Positions 28,301 through 40,300 of a stretch of 64,000 nucleotides of DNA are shown here, in pieces (within the stretch, counting starts at the first letter, position 1; every line of letters starts with the position of its first letter). The position numbers and the translations under genes were made by a program. Below the pieces are notes generated by a model. The model had not been told where the DNA came from, did no database searches, and saw only the letters and a list, made by a program, of their open reading frames with translations. Source of the stretch: Pristiophorus japonicus (Eukaryota); contig NC_091987.1 of NCBI RefSeq assembly GCF_044704955.1, positions 77,252,001-77,316,000 of the forward strand, read 5' to 3'.

Positions 28301-31300
28301 ACATGAAAATCTAGCTCATAGTTTCCCACTGTGCTGTCTGCCGGGTGATGAGAGTGTGTAATGTCTGCAAGCTTGTAATGTTTGTAGCTCCACATTATGG
28401 ATGGGGACATATTGTGTACTGCAATTGCACAGTTAATAATTAAACAGAACCAGGCAGATTTCTGGAGGCTTCCTAGAGAGCTGCCTGCCATGTTAGGAGC
28501 TGTGTGTGCTGTGCTCTGTGAATATATCACATTTGCCGGCAAGATGGGATTTTTTTTGGATGATTTAAAGCTTAAATTTTGTTGGAGAAGGATTCAGCCA
28601 GCCGACAGAGACACTTTGGAAGTTTCTGTCTTTGGAAAAAGCTACAAAATCCGAGGTAGAATAGAGCACACTGAACAGCTAGAGATTAAAATGGCAGGTG
28701 TAATCGGACATTTGGGGGAATATAGACACGACCGTGAACATTTTAAAGTGTACGTAGATTGGCTAGAAATGTATTTCACTGCAAATAACATAATCGAAGT
28801 TCCAGACAATGCAGTCTAGAACCGGGCTGTGTTGGAACGTAAGCGATCTTCTTATCGGAGGCGGGTCCGACATTATACGAAACCCTTGTAAATCTGCTTG
28901 TGCCTGACGAGCCAAAGGACACGACGCTTAAAGCGATTTTAATGAAGCTGGAGCAGCACTATAACCCCAAACCATTAGAAATTGCTGAAAGCTATCGTTT
29001 CGGGATTCGGAATCAAAAGACTGATGGAGGTATCAGTGATTACATCGTAGCATTAAAAAAAGCTATCGATGCACTGTAATTTTGGAAATTTTAAAACCGA
29101 GCATTATGGGATCATTTTGTTTGTGTGGGGTGAAAAATGATGCGATCAGAAGGAAGTTATTGACGACGGATGACTTGACTTTTGAGATTGCTTGTCAGAC
29201 AGAGAGGTCGTTGGGCATGGCCGAACAATATTCCCGAGAATGAAATAATAATTACGGTCGTCAGTCAACTAAGGTAATTCACCTGCAGGTTCAAGGTAAA
29301 AGATGGTGGGTGCCCAAGGTCTCAGAAACTGGAAATTCTAACAGAGCGTCGAAGTCATGCTATAGGTGCCTGGGACAACATATGGCTCAAAGTTGTCCAT
29401 ACGTGAAGGCAGAGTGTTTCTTCTGCAGGAAGACTGGGCATCTTGCGAAGGCATGCCGACTGAAGGGTAAACCAGCTTTCAAAGCTATGAGTAGAAATCC
29501 CAAGAGACTACATAGCATGGAAGAACAATAACAGGATGAGGAGCTGTTAGAGTTACATGTCATCAGGAGCACGAGGTTAACGGACAGCGATTCGGAAAGC
29601 ATCAAAATCCACATAGATGTTGCAGGATTCAAGATACCAATGGAAATTGACACGGGTGCATCCGTGAGTGTAGTACGGAGTCACTATACCGCGACAAATT
29701 GCGTGATTTTCAACTGGAGAAATCCAAGATAGAGCTGCGAGGCTACTCGGGAGAGAAAATTCCTGTGGTAGGTTGTATCACTGTACCGGTGAAATATAAA
29801 GTTCAATTTCAGAACTTGCCTCTAATAGTATTGAAAGGAGTCAAGTCTGCCTTACTAGGAAGAAATTGCTTGAGCTCACCGAAGCTGGATTGGAGTAAGA
29901 TTTTCTGTGTGGAAGCGAGATTTTCATCAACAGATGAGGTTATCAAGAAGTATCGAAGGTGTTCTACGAAACGGGCAGTCCAATCCAAGGCTTCAAGGTG
30001 AGTGTCGGTACAGAAGGACGCTAGATCGGTTTACTACAAGCCATGTTCCGTACCATATCAACTCAAGGAGAAAGTTGAGCAAGATCTCAAAAGACTAGAG
30101 ACTGAGAACATTATTTGTAAGATAGATCGATGGAATTGGGCTACACCCACTGTTGTTGTACCTAAGTCCGATGGTAAGGTAAGATTGTGTGGTGATTATA
30201 ACGTAACCGTAAACCAGGTTCGAGAGGGTAATGTCCCCAATACATTGCCGAATATAGAAAGTTTGTTCACAACACTGACAGGTGGTCAGATCTTCTCAAA
30301 ACTGGATGTTACGAATGCCTACTTACAGCTTGAACTAGATGAGGAGTCCAAGTCATGTTTGACTATAAACACTCATCTAGGCCTATATCAATTTAATAGG
30401 CTACTGTTTGGAGTGTCTTCCGCCCCTGCCATATTCCAAGGGGTGATGAATCAGATTTTGGAAGGTATTGAAGGGGTAGTATGTTATTTGGATGACATAC
30501 TAATTTCAGCACCAAATAGGAAAATTCATAACATATTGAATGAAGTCCTCAAACGGCTAGAGAAGCACAACTCGTAATTGTGAGTTATTTAAAAACTCAG
30601 TGGCGTACTTAGGATAAGAGTAGAAAAAGATGGTTTACATCCAACCATGGAAAAATTGGATGCGATCAGAAATGCACCCACTCCCAGGAATGTCACTGAA
30701 CTTCGTTCATTCTTGGGTCTTTTGAACGATTATGGGAAGTTCCTACCAAATTTGGCTACAGTATTACATCCACTGAATGAACTTTTGAAAAAACAGGTCC
30801 ATTGGAAGTGGTCAAAAGAATGCGATACAGCATTCAAGGAGTGTAAAAGCAAATTGGTAGAGAGCACCATGTTAGTTCACTATGACATATCTCAGGAGAT
30901 TAATCTAGCATGTGATGCTTCTCCATATGGAGTTGGGGCAGTAATCTCTCATGTATTAAGTAGTGGGGAGGAGAGACCAATTGCTTTTGCTTCACACAGT
31001 GCCAGAGAGTAATTATGCGCAAATTGAAAGGGAAGCTTTGGCATTAATTTTTGGGGTCAAGAAGTTTCACAAATACTTGTATAATCATAAGTTTGCTAGC
31101 GTTACAGACCATAAGCCCCTAACAGCAATCCTCCATCCAAAGTCCCCAGTTCCAACATTAGCTGCAGCCCGAATGCAGAGATGGGCTTTGATTTTTTTCA
31201 GCATATTCATATGATATTGAATACAGACGATCAGCTGATCACAGTAATGCTGATGCAATGTCTAGATTGCCTTCCCTATCACAAGTTACACCCGATAGGG

Positions 31301-34300
31301 AAGAAGTTTTGTTTTTCATACATTGATGAACTGCCAGTCACAGCTGGTGAGATTGGTAGAGCAACCAAACTTGACCCAGTGATGTCAAAGATGTATGAGT
31401 ATATTGCAAATGAATGGCCAAACCAGGTAACAGACAAAGATACACATCCATTCTTCATTCGTAGGAATGAATTATCAGTAGATAAAGATTGTATCATGTA
31501 GGGTGCAAGAGTAGGTATACCAAATAAATTCAGGTCCACATTATTAGGAGACCTCCATGACCAGCACCTGGGAATGTGCTTGACCAAGAGTTTTGCACGC
31601 AGTTATTTATGGTGGCCAGATTTTGATAAAGATATAAAGATATAGAGTACATCATGAGTCAGTGTACGACATGTCAATCGGTAAGCAAGCAACCACCACC
31701 AGTACCATTACAGCCATGGAAATGGCCTCCCAGGGTGTGGCAAAGGCTACATTTTGATTTTGCTGAGTTAGAAGGACAACAATTGTTCATTGTGATTGAT
31801 AGCCATTCGAAGTGGGTTGAGGTGTTTCCAATGTGGAAAATAACAAGTAGTAAAACATTGGACATTTTACGAAAATTATTTTCTTCATTTGGCCGCCCTG
31901 AAAAATTGTTTTGGATAATGGACCACAATTTCGTTCAGAAGAATTTGCACAATTCACGAGCAAATATGGTGTGAAACGTACCAAGGTTCCACCATACCAT
32001 CCTGCTTCGAATGGTGCAGCAGAGCGCACTGTACAAATTGTAAAACGTGCCCTCATAAAACAAATGTTAGATCCAAATCTAAGGAAACAACATAAATTGG
32101 CTAATTATTTGATTACATATCGAAATACTCCTCATACAATTACTGGTAGAACATCAGCAGAGTTGTTTCTCAAACGACAGCCACGAACCAGATTCTCGTT
32201 GTTAAAACCAAATTTGGCACAGTCCGCAGAAGAGCTACAATTAAGACAGAAAGAGAATCATGATAGAGGTAGAGTAAGAGAGAGAAGTGTGAAATTAAAC
32301 CAGAAGGTGAGAGTGAAGAACCATCACCATAAATGGTTAAAGTGGTTACCAGGAAGAGTGGTAAAGATATGTGGTCCTCGTACATATTTGGGAAAGATGT
32401 TTGATAATGGACAGGTTAGGTTTGTTCATATTGATCATATTTTACCTACAAACATGGAAGGAGTTGAAGGTGGGAATGATTCAATTATTTCTGACTCATC
32501 AGATAGTTTTGATACACCAGTAGCAAATCCTAAATCCAATGTATTGGAAACAAATCCAGGAGAGAATCAGAATGAAAGTCTGAGTCCGAGTCAGGAAAAC
32601 AAAGAGCCTGAAGTTAGAGTGAGTTCACATGAAAATCAAGGAAATTCCATGGAGGAAAACATTCCTCAGGATGAGCCTCGAATGAGTGTGAAATCGACAC
32701 CATGTTTGGAAGGTTCTGTTCGAGAGCGAAGGTATCCTCTTCAAAACAGAAAACAAGTGGTAAAGTTAAATTTGTAAATATGGAAAAAAAATAAGTTTAT
32801 ATCCTGTGTTATGTATAAACATGAAAGTTATGTATGATGTTTGTTATAATAACTTCTTCATTAAGGAGGGAGAAGTGTAATGTCGGTAAGCTTGTAATGT
32901 TTGTAGCTCCACACTATGGATGTGGACGTATTGTGTACTGCAATTGCAGTTAAAATTAAACAGAACGGGGCAGATTTCCGGAGGCTTCCGAGAGAGCTGC
33001 CTGCCATGTTAGGAGCTGTGTGTGCTGTGCTCTTACATCTGTTCTTGCAAAGCTGCTCCCTCAATTCAGCATTTGTTAACATGCTTTGGTTGGATTGCTG
33101 TTAAAATGCATTTTCAAAGTGTAAATCTCCCAATCATATCACAAACAAACAATATAACCTTACTGCAAGCACAGATTATATAATGATAAGAAAATTGTTA
33201 TCTTTTGCAAGGAATGCATAAATCTGCAGGTAATTTAAAAGCAGAAATTCTGCAAATATATACAAAAATAACCCTGCCATATTTATACAAACCTGAGCAA
33301 GACAAAGTCTGGTTTCTGAAGGCCATTAACTTTAGTCCATTTATTCTCCTTATTTATGATTGGAATTCTGCCACCCAGAAGAGAGCCTGTACACATATGT
33401 TTATAGCCATGTGCAGGAAATCTATCAGGGCCATTAAATTTTAGAAATGTTTAAAACACGTGTGGGGAGTGCTCACTCTCACTAAAGACTTATATCAACT
33501 CCAGCTAAGTATAAAAGAATACTCGAGATCCAAGCAATCTACTGAAAACGTTTGAAACCAAGGTTGACACCACATTGGTGTTGAGTCAGGTGAGACTGCC
33601 TCTGCCAGGGGTCCCACAGTCTTTGCTCATTTTGCAGTGAAGCACACCCTTTGATTTATTTACCTCACCCCTGGATTACTGAGTCTCTTGTATTTAAAAA
33701 TCAATGAACGAAACATGTCACTGAGGGTAATATTTAGAGTAAACACTGTCGATCTGAACCTGTAAGATAATGGCCCAGAAATTTCTCTGGGGGTCTTCCT
33801 GCGGGCAATTGCCCCCTCGCTGGATATTTTTTTACGAATTTACCTGGTGGTCTAGGAGGCGCCCTGATTTCCAATTGGGAGGCCTTCTCCTCCCGCACTG
33901 CGAAGCGCACTCCAGTGCAAGGGTCCCGACGCAGAAGATGCAGTCATGTGTGACTGCCCAGCCAATCAGGTATTGCATAGGTTACCATTAATAGCACTGA
34001 GACTCGCGTATCTACGAATTCAGTGCTATTAATGGGAACAGAAGAAATCACACAAAATAATAAAAAATAAAGCAGACCACACATTTAAAATTAATAGAAA
34101 TTAAAGTTATTAGGTCTTTATAAAAATAAAATATTTTCCCGATTTAAGTTTTTTTAAATTATGGTTAAAAATAAACTTACCGTAGTGGGGAGGGTTTTTC
34201 AGAAAAAAAGTGTTTTTATAACTTATTTTAAAATGTTTGTGTATTTTTAAACACTTGCGCCTGTAAAAGTAGGCTATACGCCTGCTTTTTTAGGCGCAAG

Positions 34301-37300
34301 ATTTTTGAGGACATTTGCTGGGCAAAATATCCGTAAATATCAGAAATCTTGCCCTGCAAATGTCCTCGCTCCTGATCTGCGGACGATCTGTCAAGCTAGA
34401 AACTTGACAGATCGGAAAAGCCGGTTTTCAGCCCATGCGCATTGCGTGCTGAAAACTGGCTTTTCCGATGCCTTCCCTGGTCCATAGAAACTTCGTAATT
34501 CCAGCACCAATAGATTTTAGATTTTATTACATTTGGTACAATTTATTGTGTGTAATAAGAACTTCTTTAATTTTTTTTTTTACAGCTCTTGCAGAAGAAA
34601 AACCAAGATGAGTATGCGGGCCTCAATTTTAACAAAAAGAACCAGGACACAGAGGCTGGAATTGGAGCAAAACGGGTATTTGGTTTTTACCTGTCTTTTG
34701 TAAAACCAATAAATGATTCAAAAAAAAGGCACACAAAATATCAATTTTATAACAGGAACATTAACAGCAATCTTGTGAAATGTTAGGATAGCAATTTCTG
34801 GGATACTTGGAGTTATCTCGAACTGTTATTTGCACAAGACTACAAAAATACTCATTGGGAGACAGAAGAGGGTTTAGTTTTCTATGTTCAATTTTCTATA
34901 TTTACATTTTCTAAACTGTTTACAATATATTTTTGAGATCTTTGCACAGTTACAGCAAGCTATTTGTTAGCAACTTGATGTGTTGCAAAAGTTGAATATT
35001 TTCAAAATAACTCCAATGCATCATTTCTATAAACTTGCATATTATTGAACAGTATCTATTTCCATATTCATAATGTATTTGCATGTTGTCCTGCTCTGAA
35101 AGTATTGTAAACCACAAAAATAGTCTCTCGAGCAAATTAGATGAAAAATTGTGCAGATTCAATAAGCAATTATAAGTATAATAATGACATTGCCTCCCAG
35201 TTAGATATCCAGTTGCTGGAGCACTCAGGTGCCAGCAAGGAATGGTGTATGTCTTAGTAGACTCGGCCTTCCCAGGTTTCCAGCTGCATTGTGAAACAAA
35301 TCCTTCAAAAGAGATTATAGAGATGATTATTGGTTCCTTTGCTGGAAGAACAAATCCTTCACAAGATTCCAGCAAAGGAAACAATAATTATCATTGTAAA
35401 CCCTCTTGGAAAAAGATCTGGTTCTTGGAGCTCTTAGATCTCTCTTGGGTCCATTAAGATCCTATAACAAACTAGAATTTCTGGCCTAGATGGGGACCAA
35501 ATGTATCACACTGACCACTAATGCCTCCAAATAACAACACAGCTTTTGAGGGGGCCAATGCAAAGGGATTTATTTTAAAAGTTATTATTCCACAGTGAGA
35601 AAGGTTCCACCATCCAGAAAGATTTATAATGGAAATGGTTCATTCACCGGCAATTCTTATTTGTATACAGAAATTGAACTGCTTTCAAAGAATTGGCTCT
35701 CTGCTGGCATACTGGGTACCATCTGCTATCTTGCCTAAGTAGCCAATATTTATCTGAGAGTTTGGAGTGGCTTTAGACAGGTTCTACCACCTCACTGGCT
35801 ATTGCAGTCAAGCCAGTCATCACCCAATTTTCAAAGGCGTCTATTTTCAATGAGTGGCACTGGAAAGTGATCGGTGGCAAAAATCCTGGTCAAAATTCAG
35901 AGGCAAATAGATTAGAGTGAGTGAGTGGGCAAATACCTATCACACTGACAGTTCTCAATAAAAAGATCGAGAGGGTTGGAGGGATCCAGGTGGATCAGGG
36001 AGGCTGAAGACAGGAGAAAGGGAAGTCTCCAGAGGTATGGAGGCAAAGGCAGCAGAAGAGTTCAGCATCGTATCGAGCATGCATTCGTTGAGGTGGGCGT
36101 GCAGGTCTATGAAACGGAGGATGGATTGTTTACATCAAAGAAGATAGTGCAAATTGGGCAAGTGGTGAGATTAGAACAAGAGTTGAGGTTGGAAACAAAT
36201 GAGGACAATGGATCAGGATATAGGTGAGCTTACAAGAGTTGTTGAAACTCTCAATTCTTGCTACCTGAAAGGAAGAAAAAAATATTTTTGTTAAGTGCCA
36301 GAGAAGATGATATAGAAAATGTAAATGGGAAAATTCATTTCCTCTAGGTTTCAAAGATATGTGAAAACCAATTTTACAACATTAGTACAGGTTAATGGGA
36401 GCAGTTATGTCACAGTTCCACACTGTTAGTCATCCTTTCATCTTCAACTCTTTCCATTGGTAAATGATTGCATAATTCGTAGTGTTGAACCAGAATGGAA
36501 AATTTATAAAGAACAGACAATCTACACAAAAAAATACTAAGTCGTGCATGGCCAACCCCCACCAAACCACAGGGGAGTGAGTGTATGTCTTGCACATCTG
36601 TTGGGGGGCAGGGAGGGGGGCGGGGGAGGGCTGCAACATGTTTCTTTAGTAATATGTCTGAATATCTTTTGTACTTTTTTGTATATGTAAATCAGTGTAC
36701 TTATGCTGTCTATAAAGAGTGGCAGCTGGTGATTTTTCTTTAAAGAAAATCAGTATGTAGTTCCAATGTTACAAAATGGTCCAATGCAGTAGCCCTAATG
36801 TATCTGTTAATTTAGTAATCCAAAGCAGTGCTTATTATAATGTCTTGGGAAGGAGGGGGGGAGGGGAGTGGGTTGGTAGTAGAGGAAGCACATTCTTTTC
36901 AGGTCACCTTGATCAGAACTGAATCAAGTCTCGAGGTGTAGAATATTATAAATAAAGCTGAGGACAACAAGGTAAACAGTAAGCACCAGATTTGCTTTCA
37001 TTAATGATGATTGATCAGAAATGCTGAATGCTTGATTTGCAGCCTAGAAGGGGCCAACTTTGACTTTTGGATGCTCGACCAATGGAATGTGCCAGCCGGT
37101 CGTCCATATTTGTGATGAAGAGGAGGCTGCGATTTTGAGGCTATGGCCTCATTTACGTCGAGCTGGTGAGCTGTAGGAGCCAAACTGGCTTGCAGCTCGC
37201 TGTATTAAGGCTGGCCAATATAGGGCAGCCCCGGTCAGCAGTAAAATATGTGCTGGGGTTGGTCACTATTGCAGAGGGTAGGGTCATGGGGCAGCACAAA

Positions 37301-40300
37301 ATTAATTTCAAACATACCTTTGCTGGGCACCTTTGGCTCTATCGCCCGTGGCGCACGTTATGACCAGTTACAACCAAAAATAGCAAATCGGAGTGCTAGG
37401 TCCAAGGTATGCATATTTAAAGGGGCCTACCGCCTGAAACAGGCAAGTGCTGAAGTTCCCCAAATGGTAGCCAGGGAGTTGGCAGCCTGAGAGATATCTT
37501 GATCACTTGAGGCTGTGTAAATTTAATATTCTGGATGCAAACCATTAACTTCATAAACCAGTGTTGTTAAATATATAACATTCATTTTTTTCCCCCCATC
37601 AGAAACAAAGGAGAGATGATGCTGCTCATAACGACACCTATTCTGTAAGTGCAGCTCATGATTTAGAAAATTGCAGAATCTTTATTATCCAACAGTCCTT
37701 TCCTCGTTGCTTTTTCCCTTAAACAATAAAAGTGCATACTTTAAAACTTGGTATTTACCTGGCACAAAGCATGCAGTACCGTTGAATCATCTAACATGGA
37801 ATTGATTGACTTGTAATTACCAAGCTTATGCTGAACTGTGAAGAGAAGCAGCAGCAGAATGCGCCAGCTGGAGATGGTTTGAAACCTGATCCCAAGCAAT
37901 GGTAGGTGTGTTCAGGATTTGACCAATGGCTGCATAGTTTTGTTCTGCTGTAAAAACCATTCACTGTTGCATAGCCTCCTGCAGGTGAGTGCAGAATATT
38001 GCGAGTTGTGCAACTTGTCTCCAATGGAATTCCAATAATTATGGGGAGTCGTAGCAGCTGAGAAACCCAGAAATGTGATTAACCCGTTGGTCCTGACAAA
38101 TTTAATGTAGATGTTTTTTTCTCCGTGTCCCGGTTGGCTGGCAGCCAGCCATATTGAGGCGCTGGCTGGCTCGCAGGTGGGAAGGCATGTGCTGGAAGGC
38201 CGCAGCTGGGGAGTAGAGGGGGAGGGGGGAGAGAAGAGTTGAAGAGATTGGGAGAGAGGGGACAGTTGAAGAGACCACTGGCGAGATCGTGGTGCGGGAG
38301 ACCAATTGCAGCGAGGGAAGCAGGTTAGCTTGAGGGAAAGCACACGTGCTCCTCCTGGCCCATAAAAAGTATGGAAAAGACACTTACCTGATGGATCCTC
38401 TCGCTTTCGCCTCCCTTCAGCTGACTGGTTTCCCGAGCCCTGGGAAACCCAGCCCACAGCCGCTAAATGTCAGTTTGTTAACATTTGAGGCACACAGCCT
38501 CATTAGCATATTTAAATAACTGAACCGCCTCTCACGAGCAGGTTATTCATCTGCCCCCAAATCCTCCTCCATTGAAGATGGTTTCAGATTTTTCAAATTG
38601 TAATCTACTCCCGCCCCCCCTCCAAAAAAACAAATATGGCGTTAATCCTAATGGCAGCAGTATCAACAGAAGTAAAATAAATAAAATACTTGCATTTATT
38701 TAACACCTTTCACGACCATCGGATGTCTCAATGTGCTTTACAGCCACTTAAGTACTTTTGGAGTGTCGTCACTGTTGTAATATGGGAAACGCGTCAGGTA
38801 AGTAATGCAAAGGTATCAGCTTTAAAGTCCATCAACTATGGGTGCAATCCAGCACCATGGATTAATAAAGCATGTATCGATGATTGTCTACATAGTGATT
38901 TTTGATCATATTTGAGGGAGATGCTGAGCAAAACAGATGAAATTCTGCAGAACCAGCTTGTGCTTCATTTGCACATCTCTTAATGGTTGTTTATAGAACA
39001 GCATTGACTGGTAAATTCTTTAAGTGAACTGCATTTTAACTCAAAGGTCAAAAATAATTTTGTTTGCAGAAACTGAATCCCAAGAACAGAAGTGAGCCTT
39101 ATGGCGAACTCAAACCAACTCAGCAGGTATGATGACCGTGGACTGATCCATCAATAAATTACTATAACTTCCTGGAGATAACTATGCAATTATAAATGAC
39201 AACTTTCATTTGTAGTCAGTACGTAAAGGATATATGTCCAGTACACTTAGGGTAAAAGCTGCCAGCTTACCATGTCTGATGCTGTATGTCTCACTATCAA
39301 TGCCTTTGTGTATGTGTTATAAACTGAGCATGTTGCATTTCCATCAAAGCAGAAGGGCTGAATTTGGTGAGAACAACAAATGGTTTTGGTGACAAAGACG
39401 ACCGTTTTAATTTGTTTAGCCCATCACACCAACTGGATAAATATTGCACATCTGAATGATCTACATCTCCAGTACAAATTGGGAATGGTAGCATTAGTGG
39501 TAACGTCACTGCACTAGTAATCCAGAGGCCTAGACAAATGATTCAGAGGCACGAGTTCAAATCTCACCATGGCAGCTGGGGAATTTAAATTTAGTTAATT
39601 CAATAAATCTAGAATAAAAAGCTAATATCAATATTGTATTGCTCACCATGAAACTACCGGATTGTCGTTAAAAACTCATCTGGTTCACTAATGTCCTTTA
39701 GGGAAGGACATTGGCCGTCCTTACCCGGTCTGGTCTACATGTGACTCCAGACACACAGCAATGTGGTTGATTCTTAACTGCCCTCTGAAATGGCCTAGAA
39801 AGGCACTCACTTGTACACAACTGCTACAAAAAACAAGAATTTAAAAAAACGGATGGACAACCTGGCATCGACCTCGGCTATGGACACACGACAACAGCAC
39901 AACCAGTCATTGCGACCCTGCAAAGTCCTTCTCACCAACATATGGGGACTTGTGCCAAAATTGGGAGAGCTGTCCCACAGTCGAGTCAAGCAACAGCCTG
40001 ACATAATCATACTCAGAATCATATATTTCAGCCAATGTCCCAGACTCCTCCGTCATCATCCCTGGCTATATCCTGTCCTACCAGCAGGTGGCTGCACAGT
40101 GATATACTTTTGGGAGGGAGTGGCCGTGGGAGTCCTCAACATTGACTCCAAATCCCATGAAGTCTCATGGCTTCAAGTCAAGCATGGGCAAGGAAACCTT
40201 CAGCTGATGACCGCCGACTGCCCTCCCTCAGCTGATGAATCAGTACTCCTCCATGTTGAGCACCACTTGGAAGAAGCACCGAGTGGCAAGAGCACATAAT

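Larger units (their letters stand above)
28357..33037 (+). mobile_element. Ty3/gypsy LTR retrotransposon (Mag/K02A2.6-like), full length but decayed
   Basis: Two short LTRs; gag MAGVIGHLGEY, two zinc knuckles CYRCLGQHMAQSC and CFFCRKTGHLAKAC, protease IDTGAS, RT YLDD, RNase H LACDAS, integrase IDSHSKW/DNGPQF/SNGAAERTV in PR-RT-RH-IN order; many stops and frameshifts. Confidence 0.95.

Noticed and set aside
28051-28819. ORFs with paralogues at 32861-33104
   Set aside because: The similarity is just translation of the two LTRs
39487-39570. Genuine tRNA gene (also 18470-18547)
   Set aside because: No intact cloverleaf evident; the A/B boxes run directly into retroelement bodies
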